Shown here: positions 58,408 through 64,000 of the stretch, piece by piece
Position numbering within the stretch: position 1 is the stretch's first letter
Layout of the letters: every line of letters starts with the position of its first letter
Origin: Bacteroidota bacterium
Lineage (GTDB): Bacteria; Bacteroidota; Bacteroidia; AKYH767-A; 2013-40CM-41-45
Assembly (NCBI GenBank): GCA_016711505.1
Contig: JADJSV010000003.1
Span: forward strand, 133,165 to 197,164
DNA length: 64,000 nt
Direction: 5' to 3'
Notes under the pieces: generated by a model
The model's database searches: none
Seen by the model: only the letters and a program-made list of their open reading frames with translations
What the model was told of the DNA's origin: nothing
Made by a program: the position numbers and the translations under genes

Positions 58408-59897
58408 CTATTCAATTATAAGCTTCTTTACATAATTATTTTTTTCGTCGCTTATTTTTATATAATAAAGTCCCGGGTGAAATTGGCAGTTCAGATTTTC
58501 ATGGCTATTTATACTTTTCGATTGTGAAATACTTTGGCCTACGGAATTTAAAATTTCAATATTGATCTTTGAACCCAACTGAAAACCATTAATTGAAAAT
58601 GTGCCATTGGAAGGATTAGGATAGATTTGTATCTCTGATTCGTCTTTGGTGATTTCCGGATCATTTGTTGAAATACAATAATTAGTTTGTCTGAAAGGTG
58701 TGTCAAACAATCTGAGTGTATCATAAAAATACGGACTTTCCATAAAGTCCATTACGTGGATCGGATGATTGTATGGAGAAGTTTCTATTGTATCTGAAAT
58801 AAAAGCAGGACTTGAACCTGCTGAGTCACAAATAGAAAAACCTGCGGAATCAGTTTTAATAAGTGATAAAAATTTTGTGTTTGTATTTAAAGTATCAGTA
58901 TTGCCTGTCAACAAAATCCTCCATCGTTTGTTCTAATCAATAAATTGGAATTATGCCCGGTAAATGGTGAAGGATATTTTCGCATCCATTGAAATGTTCC
59001 GGCAGTATCAAATTTCATTAAAAAAGGCTGAGATAAAGGAGAATTCCATTGTGATCCGGAAAAGACAAAATTGCTATCAGATGTGACAACACAATCTGAA
59101 ATCAACATTGAAAATACATCGAATTGTTTGCTCCATTTAATATTTGCATTTGAATCCAGAAGAACAAATCGATCAAATGTTAAAACCAAAAATCCATTGT
59201 CAGGAGCTTTAATTACTTTTGAATTATAGGAACAGAATTGTTCGAAAGATTTTGTCCAGATCGTATCGCCGGAACTATTAAGACGGATCAATAAATTAAA
59301 AAAAGAAACAGGTACTGAATTTGGAATCCAACAGTCAGCTATTCCAAAATATCCGCCGTCATTTGTCTGGATGATGTCATTCAAAACTAACTGACTATTT
59401 GTTGAATCGATAAATTTTATCCATTCAAAATTGCCTAAGGAGTCTGATTTAAGAATCATTGATGAACTCCCTAAATCCTGATTTTCAGCGATCGACATAG
59501 TGCCCCCATCCATTGTCGGATGAATAATGTCTACGATTAGAGATTCAGGGATGGTAGTCGTATTTAAAACTATTCCATTCTTGTCGATTACAGAAAAATC
59601 AGATCTTACAGTATAACCGGGCCAGATTGTAATTGAATCGTGATTACTGTAACAAGCATAATTCTCAGCACCAATTCTTGTTCCGCAACTTATTTCGGCT
59701 TCTTTTATCCACATCACATTACCGGATGAATCCAGATTAATAATGCCTGAAGTAGAAGTAATGATTGTTCTGTCATTCGTTTTACAGAGGGATTTAAATG
59801 TAATATAGTTTTGTCCACAATCGATGGCCGTTTCAAACTGTTGTGCATGAGAAAAAAGGGAAATAAATAAAAATAGAATCGGAAGTATGTTTTTCAT
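58408..59897 (-). pseudogene. T9SS cargo protein split by a 1-bp frameshift at the A4 run 58911..58914
   Basis: The upstream ORF has signal peptide MKNILPILFLFISLFSHAQQ and ends ...TNDGGFC*. The +1 ORF continues LLTGNTDTLN... to CTD IQIYPNPSNGTFSI...GLYYIKI. Adding one A makes a single 497-aa ORF. Confidence 0.55.
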
Positions 59898-60077
59898 ATG
59901 ATTTGATTTAAGCGATCACAATTTATTGAAATTAAGCTAAAAAAATGAAAATGCAAATTAATTGCAGAAAATGTTACTGGTCCTTTTTGACCGAAGTAAT
60001 CGGAATGCTTCCTGTGGGCCAATTTCCTAAATTATAAAATTTTTCGATTCGTTTACTGCTTTTCTTACCTTAGGCCC

Positions 60078-63385
<3,308 letters not shown>

Positions 63386-63562
63386 TTAAAATCCCCCGGA
63401 TAATTTTGAAAAATAATGGAACTTTTTAGGCTAAAACTCAATGTTTTTGCGCCTTTTCCATGGATTGTAAATCTACAAAAATCACCTCAATTTAACAAGA
63501 GAAATTGCTACTTTTTTGAGGATATTTTACTGCTTTTTTCAGAGGGAAATGTTGATAAAATG

Positions 63563-63590
63563 AAGGTCAAAGGTCAAGGGTCAAAGGTCA
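63563..63590 (+). repeat. four tandem AAGGTCA/AGGGTCA heptamers
   Basis: gaaggtcaaaggtcaagggtcaaaggtcaat uses the same heptamer as the 15289..15375 palindrome. Confidence 0.6.
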
Positions 63591-63782
63591 ATATAAGCAA
63601 GGCAAAAGTCAAAAAATCAGAACCATAGAGTGCAGCTTAATAAAGTGCTATTAATTGGATGTTGTATGTTACTTGCAAAAATTGTTTAATGTTTAAAGTT
63701 GGAGTGTTACTTCAACTAAAAATTTGCACCTGATCAAAAAGTGGAAATTTAGAATTGAATGATCGTCGCTAATCTATTTCGA

Positions 63783-63864
63783 CAACTGACCCTGAAAGGG
63801 TCACACATTTGTAGAAAAAAAACAAATCCAACGAACCCCGACCTCGAAGAGGTCGCACATGATT
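63783..63864. repeat. double-hairpin intergenic repeat element, copy 2
   Basis: GACCCTGAAAGGGTC-ACACAT ... CGACCTCGAAGAGGTCG-CACATGA. About 85% identical to 8048..8128. Confidence 0.6.
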
Positions 63865-63933
63865 ACGTAATGCACTGTCAAATTATAATTTTATCAGCAA
63901 GAACACATTTAAAATGAATGAATTATTTTCAAT

Positions 63934-64000
63934 TTAATATTCAATCTCCAGATCAAACGACTTCTTCAATTCATTCATCGCCGGATTTATCTCTGCTAAT
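63934..64000 (-). CDS. 3' end of an unidentified gene; the rest lies beyond the window
   Basis: The minus-strand frame reads ...LAEINPAMNELKKSFDLEIEY* and is open to the window edge. Only 22 codons are visible. Confidence 0.25.
   Translation of the reverse strand, partial: LAEINPAMNELKKSFDLEIEY

Noticed and set aside
63416-63628. 70-aa ORF overlapping the AGGTCA array (..KVKGQGSKVNISKAKVKK)
   Set aside because: It translates a DNA heptamer repeat in the gyrB upstream region, and its composition is not protein-like.

Overview
The window is a low-GC chromosomal segment of a Bacteroidota-type organism, inferred from the gene content. It carries gldE/gldD gliding-motility homologues and eight secreted proteins with C-terminal T9SS sorting domains. 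Gene spacing is tight, genes often overlap by a few bases, and Shine-Dalgarno sequences are absent. There is no rRNA, CRISPR array, integrase or transposase, and I see no obvious defence island.

About 60 protein genes are supported, most of them housekeeping. Identified genes include coaX, ctaA, ssb, mutY, an HU gene, rng, recX, prfB, fumC, a DeoD-type phosphorylase, feoAB, mlaEF, gcvP, hemL, kynU, kmo and gyrB. One tRNA-Phe(GAA) is present.

The T9SS cargo genes comprise an SBBP beta-propeller protein, two tandem beta-helix paralogues, three adhesin-like paralogues and one frameshifted gene.

Points worth a second look:
- prfB has the canonical programmed +1 frameshift site and also an in-frame TAG stop.
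- gldE and gldD read as a single in-frame ORF, with homopolymer tracts at the junction.
- Several other genes are split by single-base frameshifts: a GT2 glycosyltransferase, a T9SS gene, and a hypothetical gene at 47.3 kb.
- A 63-bp duplicate of the gldD 3' end lies about 440 bp downstream of the real gene end.
- The intergenic regions hold several distinct structured repeat families. One is a double-hairpin element, two copies. One is an AAGGTCA 7-mer array, two loci. One is a set of GTAAGTAG-rich inverted repeats that butt against stop codons, two loci. There is also a 79-bp perfect palindrome and a 10-bp minisatellite.
- The C-terminal sorting domains of the two tandem beta-helix T9SS genes are near-identical at the nucleotide level while the rest of the genes has diverged.
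- A 29-aa arginine/lysine-rich ORF resembling ribosomal protein bS22 was below the ORF-track length cutoff.

Every functional call is made from motifs read by eye. None is confirmed by a database search.
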